From assembly GCF_004010195.1 (NCBI RefSeq), contig NC_057726.1:61968519-62026992 (forward strand): a stretch of 58,474 bases of DNA. The letters are read 5' to 3'. Below the pieces are notes generated by a model. That model did not search any database, was not told where the DNA came from, and saw nothing but the letters and a program-made list of their open reading frames with translations. Origin of the DNA: Chiloscyllium plagiosum. Its lineage: Eukaryota. The first letter of the stretch is position 1; each line of letters begins with the position of its first letter. A program made the translations under genes and the position numbers. This document shows positions 1-10,939 of this stretch, piece after piece.

Positions 1-216
1 TCCATCAATAAACACATCGACCTGGACCCAATATACCAACCACTACAGCGGACAGCTGAAACTGACAACCGGAAGCGGCAGGGACAGACCACTATAAACA
101 CCGGAGGAAACATCAAAGAAGCGCTTCGCAGGAGGCTCCCAAACACTGATGATGTCGCCTAGCCAGGGGACGAAACGTTTGCAACAAAAACTTCCAGCTC
201 GGCGAACAGAACCACT
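1..216 (+). mobile_element. 3' terminal fragment of a Penelope-like retroelement
   Basis: Ends in gaaacgtttgcaacaaaaacttccagctcggcgaacagaaccac, related to the arms at 8014-8272; family call from recognition of the terminal motif only. Confidence 0.5.
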
Positions 217-260
217 GTTACTTAAGTAGATTTAATAACATTTTTCCTGAACTTGTTCAG

Positions 261-323
261 CCACCAGAAAAGAACTACCTGCCAAGTCACAAACAGCCAC
301 AAGTGAAGAACAGAGAGCAATAA
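261..323 (+). CDS. Probable terminal cytoplasmic exon of an upstream paralogue (PPEKNYLPSHKQPQVKNREQ*)
   Basis: Pyrimidine-rich acceptor ttttcctgaacttgttcag at 259-260, read in phase 0. Tyr codons at 6 and 29 (the second lies past the TAA) have the same 23-codon spacing as in genes B and C. AATAAA at 565-570. Confidence 0.45.
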   Translation, partial: PPEKNYLPSHKQPQVKNREQ

Positions 324-1249
324 CATAGTAACGACAAGGAAACATATAATTCGATCTGACACTCTCAGACACTCTTCAGATATTTGGAGATACTGAGATC
401 AGCATGCGCTGTGTAGATGGTCAGGAGAACGCAATCAATTTCCTCAACATCAACCTTCCCAAGTGCAAAATACAACCCAAGTCTCACAAAGTTAAACAAC
501 ATAAGTGATATCAACGACAATATTATATATTTAAGAGATCGCTCTTCTATATGGGCCCAATAACAATAAAAACACATTAAAATTTCTTTGTATTGTTTAC
601 TGATGTGAAGAAACACGTGAAGGAATGTAACCAACAGCAGAAGTTTCAAGCTATGCAGCCAGCATATAAATGATGTACTTTATAATTATGGAAACATTTT
701 TACACTGATCAAAAACAATTGTTATAACGCTGTGAAAGCAGATTTCACTAAGAGCATTTGGCAATGTTCAATATCTGAGGTTACTCAGAAAAAAACGACT
801 TTATGGAGATTTGACAGAACAGAATTTTGAGGGGCTAGATAGCGTAGAACAAGGAGAGGCTATTCCTGTTCGTATCATAAAAATAACGAGAGAGTATTGT
901 TATGAATTGATACCTGAAGGACAAGGGTTTTGAGGGGAAAAAAGAGTTTGCAAAGCAAGCAATTCGGCTACGGAATAAATCGCCTTGGATGTCGGTGTTG
1001 GCGTTCATGGGGCATTCATGAGGCAATTGGATGGTTGCTTAGATAGAAATAGTGTGCAAGGATATAAGGAAAAGGCTCTTGATAATGATGTTTGTTTGAA
1101 GAGCCGATGCTGGGTATGAATACTACAATTCTGAATGAATACTTGCATCAAAGGAATTTAGCCCAAACTCGCGTCAAAAACAGGAAGCAATAGTTAGTTG
1201 TCAGCGTGTGTGATCTGTTACTGGAAGCTTGTTTCCAATCCGATTCCAC

Positions 1250-2480
1250 AGTGTCTAGTTCTGGCTCCATTGTTTTTCCATGATACATAACATATTTCAA
1301 TTTAGTGGGCATGATTAAGAAGTTTGCAGATGATGCAAACATGATTATGTGTTGACAATGGGGAAAGAAGCTGTAGACTTCAGGAAGGTAACAATAGATT
1401 AGTCATGTGGGCAGAATGCTAGTAAATGAAATATGATGTTTGCGAATGGTAAATAAAGCAAAGTAATGCATAGCAAATAGCATGATGCTGTTAAACACAG
1501 AGGAACAGAGCGGCCTTTCAAAATATGTCCACAGATCCGTGTACACAGCAAAATAGGTAGATATCTTTGTTTCCTCTTTAGCCGCAGGCGAGACCCCAGA
1601 AGACTGAATAATAATCGATGTTGTTCCTTTGTACATGAAGGGCAACGGTGATAATGCAGGACATTATAGCCTGGTGACCCTAGCATCTGCAGTAGGGAAA
1701 TTGTGGAGAATGTTTTTAGGGACAGGATTTACTCGCATTTGGAGAAGAATGGAGTTATTAGGCAAAGTCAGCATAGCTTTATGCGGAGGAGGCCTTGTAT
1801 CTTAAACTTGATTTAATTATGTTGAAGAAGTGACAAAGATTATGAGTTAGGACAGTGAATGTTGTCTACAGGGAATCCACTAAAGTGTTTGAGACTAGAA
1901 ATTGGGACATCAGGCTGAGATTGCAGATGATGTTAATGAGCCCTCTTTTGAGGTTTTGTGTGCAGTTCTGCTCGCTCCATTATAGGAAGGATCTTACTGA
2001 AGAGGGTTCAGAAAAAAAACATTTTTCAGGATGTTGCTGGGAATGGCAAATACAAAAATATACCAAAATGCGCTGAATAGGCTGGGACTTTTCCATTGGA
2101 GTGTGGGAGATTGAAGCGTGACCTTACAAAAGTTTATATAAGCATCAGGTGGATGAAAATATTAATAGCAAGGGTCTTTTCCCTAGGGTAGGGGAGTTCA
2201 AAACTAGGGACCATATTTTTAAGGTAAGAGAAGAAAAAATAAACAAGGACATCAGTGGCAACCTTTTACAAAAAGGTGTTTCATGTGTGGAATGAACTGC
2301 CAGGGAAAATGATGGATGAAGGTACATTTAAAATATTTAAAAGACATTTGGATTAAACATGAAAAGGAAAATTTGGTGGGATATGGGCCAAACGCAGGCA
2401 AGTGGGACTCTTTTAGTTTTTGAGCATGGTCAGTGTGGGCTAGTTGGAACAGAGGGTCTATTTCCATGCTGAATGACTCT
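1250..2480 (+). mobile_element. Degenerate CR1-type LINE fragments (RT region and 3' end)
   Basis: aagtttgcagatgat (KFADD) near 1320; gtgcagttctg and gtgtggaatgaactgcc motifs shared with the other CR1 copies in the window. Confidence 0.75.
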
Positions 2481-2764
2481 AGGACGATGACCCTAAGAGC
2501 GGACTTAAGATAATGTAAGGACTGGAGAGGTCGTGTAAACACAAGTCAGGACAAAGCTATAATTCCTATCAATGACAAACTTGCAATGGTCACAGAAAGG
2601 ATACAGAAGAGATTGACGAGTATGGTGTTAGAGATTTTGAATATTAGCTCTTAAGAAAACGAGGAAAAGCTAAAATACGGCTTTCACTCGCGTTTTCCCT
2701 GTTGTCTAACTTACAGTAACTTGGACATAATACCGACTTCTCGAGCGTGAAGTAGCTTCTGTTT

Positions 2765-2914
2765 ATGCAAATTAAATTTGTCCTCTTTCTTCTGCTTCAG
2801 TGACTTTCGAGATTCATCAGACGAATAACGGAAAACACTGTATAATCCCATTTAACAAACGACGCCTATTTCTGAATCCTCAATTAGACGATGCCAAATG
2901 TCAATGTGACGTAA
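2765..2914 (+). promoter_or_regulatory. Candidate gene A promoter elements: octamer ATGCAAAT (2765-2772) and CRE/ATF-like TGACGTAA (2907-2914)
   Basis: Exact motifs 95-245 nt upstream of the ATG at 3009; function inferred only. Confidence 0.35.
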
Positions 2915-3008
2915 CTCCAAAAACGAACCGCAAACTCATCTCACTTGCGAAGTCGTCATAACAGCAGACAATCAGCATCTGAATCCATCACTTCAGCCGT
3001 TGCTCAGA

Positions 3009-3063
3009 ATGACAGCCAATATCATTTTTCTCTGCGTGATTCTCCAAGGGATTATTCATATAG
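3009..3063 (+). CDS. Gene A exon 1, signal peptide (MTANIIFLCVILQGIIHI)
   Basis: ATG, hydrophobic 18-mer and phase-1 donor G|gtatc; joins the V exon in frame. Confidence 0.8.
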
Positions 3064-3541
3064 GTATCACTAATTTATAAAATGCTTCTGAAACATTTTT
3101 ACACGGTTTAGAGCAAGCTACTTCCTCTACCCGACTATCCCTTAACGAGGATGTGATGTAGTAGTGATAGCTAATATTCAAATAACGCGAAAGTTTTGAA
3201 ATTCAATTTGACTTCACATAGTGTGTTTGGAATATGAATCTAGAGTCAGTAAAGATGACAATGAAAAGATAGTCGATTATCATTAAGAACTAAGTAGCTG
3301 ACTGATTTCCATTCTTAACGTGAGGGAAGGAAATCTGCTATCCTTTCTTGCTCCTGACTACATGCGATCTGGAGCAATGTGACTGACTCTTAGCTTCCTT
3401 CTGAAATAGTTCAGGAAGCCTCTCAGAACCGGAGTAGTTAGGAAAGGGCAATGATGCCTTTGCTAGCTATACCCACATGCCATGATTTTTTAGAATGGTT
3501 GTTTATTTTACAATCAATATGTGTTTGCTTATTTCTGCCAG

Positions 3542-3862
3542 CTGCGGATCGCACTTCATTCACTGTATCTCAGGCACCCAAAGAAGCGAATGTATCCAGA
3601 GGAGACAATATGACTTTCTACTGCATATTTCCCCTCTCTAAAGACCAAACCTGGGTACGGGTATTATGGTGGAAACATGGTGAGAATGAATACCTACGTG
3701 TAAGCACGGACAAGAGAAAAAGATTTGGGATGGCAAGCAGAGCAAGCGGTTTCCTTCGGCTGCTGGGTGTGACAATCCAAGACGCTGGAATCTATCACTG
3801 CACCGTGATCCGTCAGGGAGAAGTTAGAGGCAATGGCACTGGATCGCGTTTAACTGTGTATG
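3542..3862 (+). CDS. Gene A exon 2, Ig V-set domain with J-like G strand
   Basis: Acceptor ccag|; VSQ, FYC, WWK, DAGIYHC and GNGTGSRLTV motifs; phase-1 donor G|gtaaat; 321 nt. Confidence 0.93.
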
Positions 3863-3987
3863 GTAAATGAATATGTTGAGCAGGGACCTTTTGAAACAGC
3901 TTTATTGTATCCTCTTTGTCAGTATAAAGGTAACTATTAATACAATTCGCGATCATGCTCCCTGTTTAAATCTACTAATTAGACAGA

Positions 3988-4117
3988 TAAAAATCACACA
4001 CCACCAGGTTATAGTTCAACTGGTTTGTTTGGCAGCACTACCTTTCCGAGCGCAGCTCCGAAAGCTAGTGATTCCAAGCAAACCTGTCAGACTATAATCT
4101 GGTATTGTGTGATTTTT
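3988..4117. repeat. Palindromic (fold-back) element made from a Penelope-like terminus
   Basis: aaaaatcacacaccaccaggttatag...ctataatctggtattgtgtgattttt are reverse complements; the same sequence starts the element at ~17745. Confidence 0.7.
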
Positions 4118-5296
4118 AACTTTGTGCACCCCGGTCCAACACCGGCACCTCGAAATCATGGCTAATTAGACATGTAGCGTCACACGCAGATTGCTACAAA
4201 ATGAACTAGTATTAATCAGTTAGAGTGGAACTGCAAAGGCAACATATGCATCAACTTAATTATCGCGAAAACTCGGAACGGTGTTCAAGTTTCTAACAGA
4301 TTGAAAGCTTTTGTGTTATTGTGTTCCTCTCCCATCACCTTTCCCAGCTACACGTATACCGCCCTGTTCCTAACTCCTCTCAGTTGTGAAGAAAGGTCAC
4401 TAGATCCGAAACTTTAACTCTTTATTTTCTCCATAGATGCTACCAGATATGCTGACTTTGCTCGCAATTTTTGTATTGTTTCTGAGCCCCTGTGTAATAC
4501 GAAATTCTGAACCATACACCTTGCTTAGGTATTTTTTAGTGCACGTTTCCGCCTACCGTTGCCTTAGTTAATCAGCATGCCTGAAATTTAATCTCACATT
4601 TTGACAGAATTGCGGAATTCAACGTCACTGAGCTGCTAATTGTCGAATAAATGATTTACCCACGATCTGGAGCTTCAAACACACGGATTGCATCACTAGC
4701 GCCCAATAAATAAAATAAACAGAGGTTCAGTTTTCCTGAAATCTCTTGGTCTTCAGCTGAATGCATTGTATTCCAACAATTGTTATGCCCCAGCTATGAG
4801 TTATTCCAAAAGCTGGTAAAGACCCCATTTTATGATGAATATTGTTGACCACATACCTCTTAGTATGTATCAAACATGTAAAGATTCATTGTGTCAACCT
4901 ATTCCCAGAAATTTCGATTTTGGACTATGGAAGCCAAACACAACGTAATAAGACTTTTCGATTGCTCTGCCGAGTAATTTAAATTTTGAAGAACTCGAAA
5001 TGTCACTTTTGTTTTCTCTCTACAGATGCTGCCAGACCTCCTGTAATTCCGTTTTTATTTATGTTAATTCAAAGTCTTGGTGTTAATAATATAGGTAAAA
5101 TTGACTCAGTCGTCGATTTCTATCTGAAGCATGGAGAGGACGCACATAAAATATGTTTAACATTAAAAAGAAAAGAGGCTGCGCCTTCGAATGCCATCTT
5201 TGTAAAAAATAAACGGTCCAAACTTAGATAAGAACAATATTTAGTTTCTCCTAAAAGCACACAGTAACTTAATTTTATTCATTCTGTGCTTTGCAG

Positions 5297-5608
5297 CGGC
5301 CCCAACACCACTAGCTATTGTCTCCGGGCTATCAGAAGGGAATTCCTCTCCATCGCTGGCTCTAAACTGTGAAACAGCTGCGTTTTATCCGGAAAATCTC
5401 ACACTCACTTGGTATAAGAATGGTGTTGAATCTGCATTCGGAATAAAGACAAGTAAAATAAAGAACACGGAGGGACTATATGAAGTTTCCAGTACTTTAG
5501 TTGAGACGCAATCTGTCCTTAGCGGCACCAATTATACCTGTTCGGTAAAACACGTCTCCCTCCTGGCGCCAGCTGTTGTCACCTGGACCGTTTGGAAATC
5601 TAATCGAG
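5297..5608 (+). CDS. Gene A exon 3, Ig C1-set domain
   Basis: Acceptor tttgcag|; LALNCETAAFYPENLTLTWYKNG...GLYEVSSTL...YTCSVKHVSL are C1 hallmarks (FYP, YxCxVxH); donor G|gtagg. Not in the ORF track because it has no start codon. Confidence 0.93.
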
Positions 5609-6332
5609 GTAGGACACGGACTTCCAAAAAAGAATGCGTAACTGTTGAATTCGTAAAGACCAATTCGGTACTTAGCGCATATTATTAAAAATGGGGATGG
5701 AGCATGGAAGTCTGAAAGAAAAGATAAACACCAACATTTACCAAATGTATGGCGCATTTCAGCCTGATGTTCTCAAAACCGGGTCATATCATTCGCCACA
5801 CAAATATTCTCAGTTAAATTTATTTAATTGCAAATTCGGCCATTGCATTTACAACATGGCAAGAATGGAAATTAAGAGCAGCAGTAGGCCTAAAAGCTTG
5901 CTGAACCTGCTTATTACCGATTTTCTGAACCAACTCCAGTCTCCAGCACGATCCCCATATTCATCGGTTGTCTTAGTGCCGCAAATGCTATAGATTGCGG
6001 TCTTTGATGGTCAGAAAGACGTTCTCTCTGGAACTGAGAATGCTAAAGATTCAGAGCGTTTGAATAAATAAATTTTCCTAATAGTAGTGCTAAATAGCCG
6101 AACTCTCAGCTTGTGAAAATAACCCGAAAGTCTAGATTCATGCCAAGGGGTAACACAAGGCTCTTCTTCTTTATGTAAACCAGACCCTATATCGCTTTTT
6201 ATTCTATGATGTTGAATGATTACAGACACAGGAATATATCTAATAAACAGTTCTTAGTCCTTTTTGCAAAAGATAAAACAGAAATTTAGCCAATTTAGCA
6301 AGTTAATATCTACATTCATGTTAATCTTGCAG

Positions 6333-6446
6333 ATATTGCCCATATGCCATTTTACTACTCGTGCCTCAGATACATGGTGGGTGGACTGGCGTTTCTATTA
6401 CTCCTGATTATCACCGGGTCGCACTGTGCAATAGAGTTTGAGAAAA
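6333..6446 (+). CDS. Gene A exon 4, transmembrane (DIAHMPFYYSCLRYMVGGLAFLLLLIITGSHCAIEFEK)
   Basis: Acceptor tcttgcag|, donor A|gtaagt, phase 1-1, hydrophobic stretch; clearly homologous to the gene B TM exon (GGLA). Confidence 0.88.
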
Positions 6447-6810
6447 GTAAGTTTAATGTGATATGTTGATTTTAATACAGATACCAGTTGGTGATAGAGT
6501 GAACGTCAACGAGTATTCCAGGGAACGATCATTATTTTTGAACCAACAGTCTCTTTTCCCGACGAGTCACTGTGCTTTTTTTTTCCCGGAAAGTAATAAA
6601 TTCTCCAGTTCAAAACACAAAATTATGTGAACAATGGATTTGATCAGCCAGATATCAGCAATTACAATGTTCACCTGCAGCAAGGACTGAATCAAATTTG
6701 ACTTTACATGCTCCGTTTGCAAACATCTATCCTGACACCGCAATTAGTTTTTGCGAGGCTTTGTGGGTGTTAGCCTTGAAATGGTTACAGAACATTGTTC
6801 GTCTCTACAG

Positions 6811-6855
6811 AGGATAGAGTTTCAGTGTTGCAGAAATCAGCATTGGAAAAAACAG
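6811..6855 (+). CDS. Gene A candidate exon 5, short cytoplasmic exon (KDRVSVLQKSALEKT)
   Basis: Acceptor gtctctacag|, weak donor ag|gttcaa; 45 nt versus 44 nt in B and C. Confidence 0.4.
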
Positions 6856-7842
6856 GTTCAATTTTTGCACATTCTATAGAAATGTCTTTTTAAAAATCGC
6901 ATTCAAACCTTTTTTTAAAAAAAATCATTATTTTTAAAAAACGTACGAATTGATGTGAAAGCTGTTCATAGCTATTTTATTGCTTCGACATAATTCGAAG
7001 TCTAAAGCGAGCTAAACGCCGTGAACAACCGATCTGTTCATTCATGTATTTCCCACAGATGAAAATAACCAATCTTTGCAGTTTTGGAAGTATTTTTGCA
7101 ATGACAAATACCTAACAGCAGGCGCTAAGGAATTAAGCTGGTTTTGCGAGAGTAAAAGGGTCGCTGTTACGGAGTGCCATTTTCCTTCCCATGCCCAGTG
7201 CGTTCCTGATATAACCAAATAAACAGAGCGGAAACAACCCGGAAAATGCCGTTGAAATCCAAATACATAGCAAAACATCATTGTTCTACTTGCATGTTAT
7301 AAATCGGTTGGAAACTTTAGCACATTTACACCTGCGCTGTACTGAGTCCATTGACATATTTAGATATTTGTTACACAATGAGCGAACTAATTACGTGCTT
7401 TCGCAGTCGCGATTATTGAACAGCTTTCATCATGGTTTCTGCGCGCTATGTCTCACCATTGTTCAGTGTTTCACTAATAAAACAGTGAAAGGCAATGAAC
7501 TCGGCATCTCAGGAGTATTTCCTTGAGGACTGTGTGGAAAGCATAGGTCTAAAGTGCTCACACTTTGCATTGACGCAATCTTAACGATTAAGACTTCTAG
7601 AGTCATTCTCGAACAGGACCTCCTGTGAACATGCAAGTTGTGCTGAGAAGTGAATCAACCATCCAAAGATCACCACAGGCACTCATATTGCTGTGAGAAA
7701 CGGTACTATAAGGTTGGTTGTCTGCAGTCGTGTGTTGTAGTTCAGGCTTTTTGCGCTTTTTTTTCAACCCTTTGCTTAATCCTTCGAGTACCGGCCTAAA
7801 AAAAAGCACCAATTAACAATCTCCCAAAACATCAATTTTCAG

Positions 7843-7907
7843 ACCAAACAAGAGAAGCATGGGACTGCAGAATGATCAAGCAGCCAAAGAAAACTGAAGA
7901 ATATTAA
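7843..7907 (+). CDS. Gene A candidate terminal exon; short tail with no ITIM in either reachable frame
   Basis: Acceptor attttcag|. Phase 0 reads TKQEKHGTAE* (gene C's terminal exon starts TFQE); phase 1 reads DQTREAWDCRMIKQPKKTEEY*. Confidence 0.35.
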
Positions 7908-8013
7908 AAAATACTGTCAGCCAAGACGAAGCGTAATGTATCAAATGATTGCATCATTGAATGCAGACTATAACCGTCTGCGGGTTTTGAGAAGACTTGT
8001 CGCTCAGGTTGAG

Positions 8014-8272
8014 GTTCTGGATGTAGGTTTGCTCGCTGAGCTGGAAGTTCCGTTTTCAGACGTTTCGTCACCATATTAAGTAACATCTTCAGTCAGCCTC
8101 CAAATGAAGCACTGGTGGTGTAGCCCGCTTACTCAAACTCAAACATATAAACAGAGAGCGGGCTATAGCACTCGTGTTTCATTTGGAGGCTCACTAAAGA
8201 TGCTACTTAGTATGGTGACAAAATGTCTGAAAATGAAACTTCCAGCACAGCAAGCAAACCTACACCCAGAAC
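8014..8272. repeat. Inverted repeat (arms ~8014-8129 and ~8157-8272) derived from a Penelope-like terminus
   Basis: gttctggatgtaggtttgct...tagcccgct pairs with agcgggcta...agcaaacctacacccagaac. Confidence 0.8.
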
Positions 8273-10939
8273 AATAATTGTCTGTTATTTCATAGATACT
8301 TCTGGAAATTTCTGTAATAAAACAACAATGTGCTTTTTTGAGAAATCAGTAGTTTTAATGCAAGGTATTCCACACTATTTAGTCATCATGATGTGCATAG
8401 TCAATAAAACAAAATCCCGTTAGATCATTTTCTTCTTCATCAAATATTTGTGCGTTTTTCAGGTACTACTATAAAGCCTGATCTTTGATTTGCATTCTGA
8501 CCTCTAGAACAGACAATTCTTTTGATTTGTTTGATCTGTGAACTGGTCGGATCCTTTCCTGAACACAAACGACTCGATTCAAAGTAGGACGTGTGTTTCC
8601 CGATAATGTGTACGATTGTTCATTTTATTTCCAAGGGACCCATTTAGACAATTATTAGATATGAACAGAAGAACGACTAGCAGCTGAAAAATTACAATTT
8701 TTTTTTTATTGAGATTATCCCTGATTTACAGTGGCTGGCTGATCACCTGAAGGATGGTCAATAATTATTTGAGTTGTTTTAGGATTATCTCACACCAATT
8801 CTACAACTGTGCCATGGTTGAAAGTTCAAGACGAATTTTAAGGATAACATTATAAAGAAGCTATCTCACAACTGTTCTGGCATGATGAATTTGTAATTTA
8901 ACATGCTTTTTAGGATCTATAAAGTTACAATAGTAATTAAGAACAGACGTTTCCAAGAGACTGTACTCCACTCCCAAAATGAACAATCTCTTGTCATAAA
9001 TTTTCATGATGAATGACATTAACCTTTTTCCAAGCAAATACCATTTTGCTGCTGAGGACATTCAAAATCCTATATTCTGTATAGTCTCTGTGGTAACCGA
9101 ATCTTGCTCGACTATCCACCTTCATTCTTTCTGGTTACATGAAAGTTGTCCCACGATCATTTCATCACGACTTGCGCATCACAATATAGGATCGATTTGA
9201 AAACGTTTGTCAATATTTTAACCATCACAGACAACGCAAGGTAAACTCAGCAGGGCGACCAGCATCTGTGGAGAGAGAAACGGAATTAAAGTTTTCAACT
9301 TCTTTATGATTGTTCTTCAGAGCTGTCAGTCTTTTTAAATCCTTGGGGACAGGAGGAAAAGGGAAACAAACAAGTTCCCACTCTTTGACATTTAGCTGGC
9401 TCCTTTGACCTGTTGCTGCTGTCTTCCATTACTATTTCTGTTGATCACTACTTCCTGTTATGACGCGCGATCCCACCAAATATGAAACCAAGGCCTGTCC
9501 TTTGCACTTTCGCTACATGATGGACTTTTGTTGACACCATTTTACCTCTTCGTTCCTCCTCACAACTGAAAGTCTTATTATTCAAGCTCCACGTTTTTTC
9601 TCAGATTTCAACGCGTGAAATTCAATATTTTCTACGTTTGTGCGCTGCATCAGACTTGAGAACTAGAAACATTGCCAGCAGCATGTCGCGTTCAGAACTA
9701 TCACTATTTGATTGACTCCCCAATATACGTTTACTGCGAATTGGATTGCGTCTCAACTAAAGTACTGGAAACGTTATATAGTCCCTCGGTGTTCTTTATT
9801 TTACTTATTCCGAATGCAGATTCAACACCATACCCCCACACAATGCGCCCTCCCCAGCAAATACCTTTGAAGATAACCGGACTTCACAGAAAACAAACGA
9901 ACAAAATGCAGAACCCGTGAGACATCTCTGGGCACGTCCTTCTTTTTTCAGTTGGGTTCCTCTAACTTAACTTTTCTTTTGTCTCCTCTTGCCCATCGGC
10001 CTACACTATTCGTACTTCGTTTTGCCTGTATGGTGTGGAATGCCAGCTGAAATACTTCTGGAAACTCAGGTAAAATGCACATGCTGCACTTAACTGTTCC
10101 CTCTGTTAATTCTTCAAACTCTTCTGTAAGACAAATCCGATTTGCCTTTTTTATACCTTCATGCTGACTATACTTGATTCCTCTCTACCAAAGATATATA
10201 GTTTAGTGCTGAAAGACAGAGGACAGGGTGTGACGTACTTAAATCCTGAACTATTTACCTCCTATGAAGTTGCAATCAAGGTTACGCTATATTTGTCATC
10301 TCATAGAGTCATGCAGTCATGAAGGTCCACAGCAGAGAAAAAAAAAACCTCACTGTTTTCAGCCGATATAATATATTGCCAAAAAGCTGATCTTAAGTGA
10401 ACACACTCCAGATCACTATGCATTCAAAAATTACAGAGCAGTTCAGAAAAACGTGAACATTTCGGCATTCTACCATTGCTCGATTCTGATAAGAGGACAG
10501 GTGTTTACCAAGGGGTAATTCAGATGCTCGAATTGGTTTGCTAAATGTTAACACAAGCAATAAAGCTGAAACGGTTAATTATTTAAGTATTTGGTTAGCC
10601 CTATTCATGGTAACGTCACTTCTGTTGCATGACGGCATTAACGAAACATCACGTTTCAGCGTAACTGCAACAAAAACATTTAGACTTAGCAGCCCTAGTA
10701 GGACCGAAAAAATGTTTAAAGGCCGCACTGGGCCTTCGAATTTCATGACAGACATCAGTCAGACAGACATATTAGAATGTAATGCAACTTCCATTTATTT
10801 TTAACACTTTAGTTATTTGTAAGCACACAACCAACACTATCTAATTGGTTAAGTGGAATCCAGATACGACCCACGCATGGTGAACTGGCCATGTTCACTC
10901 TGACAAGTTATACTATTCTCGCCGAACTCAGGGTCTTCT

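Noticed and set aside
3542-3900. Rearranging Ig/TCR V segments with RSS (CACCGTG at 3801-3807)
   Set aside because: No ACAAAAACC-like nonamer at 12 or 23 nt. The V exons already include the J-like strand and end in splice donors, and each V has its own C1, TM and signalling tail.
7321-7419. LTYLDI ITIM-like motif as gene A tail
   Set aside because: Poor polypyrimidine tract, no second motif at the 23-residue spacing, and Cys-rich non-tail composition; likely chance.
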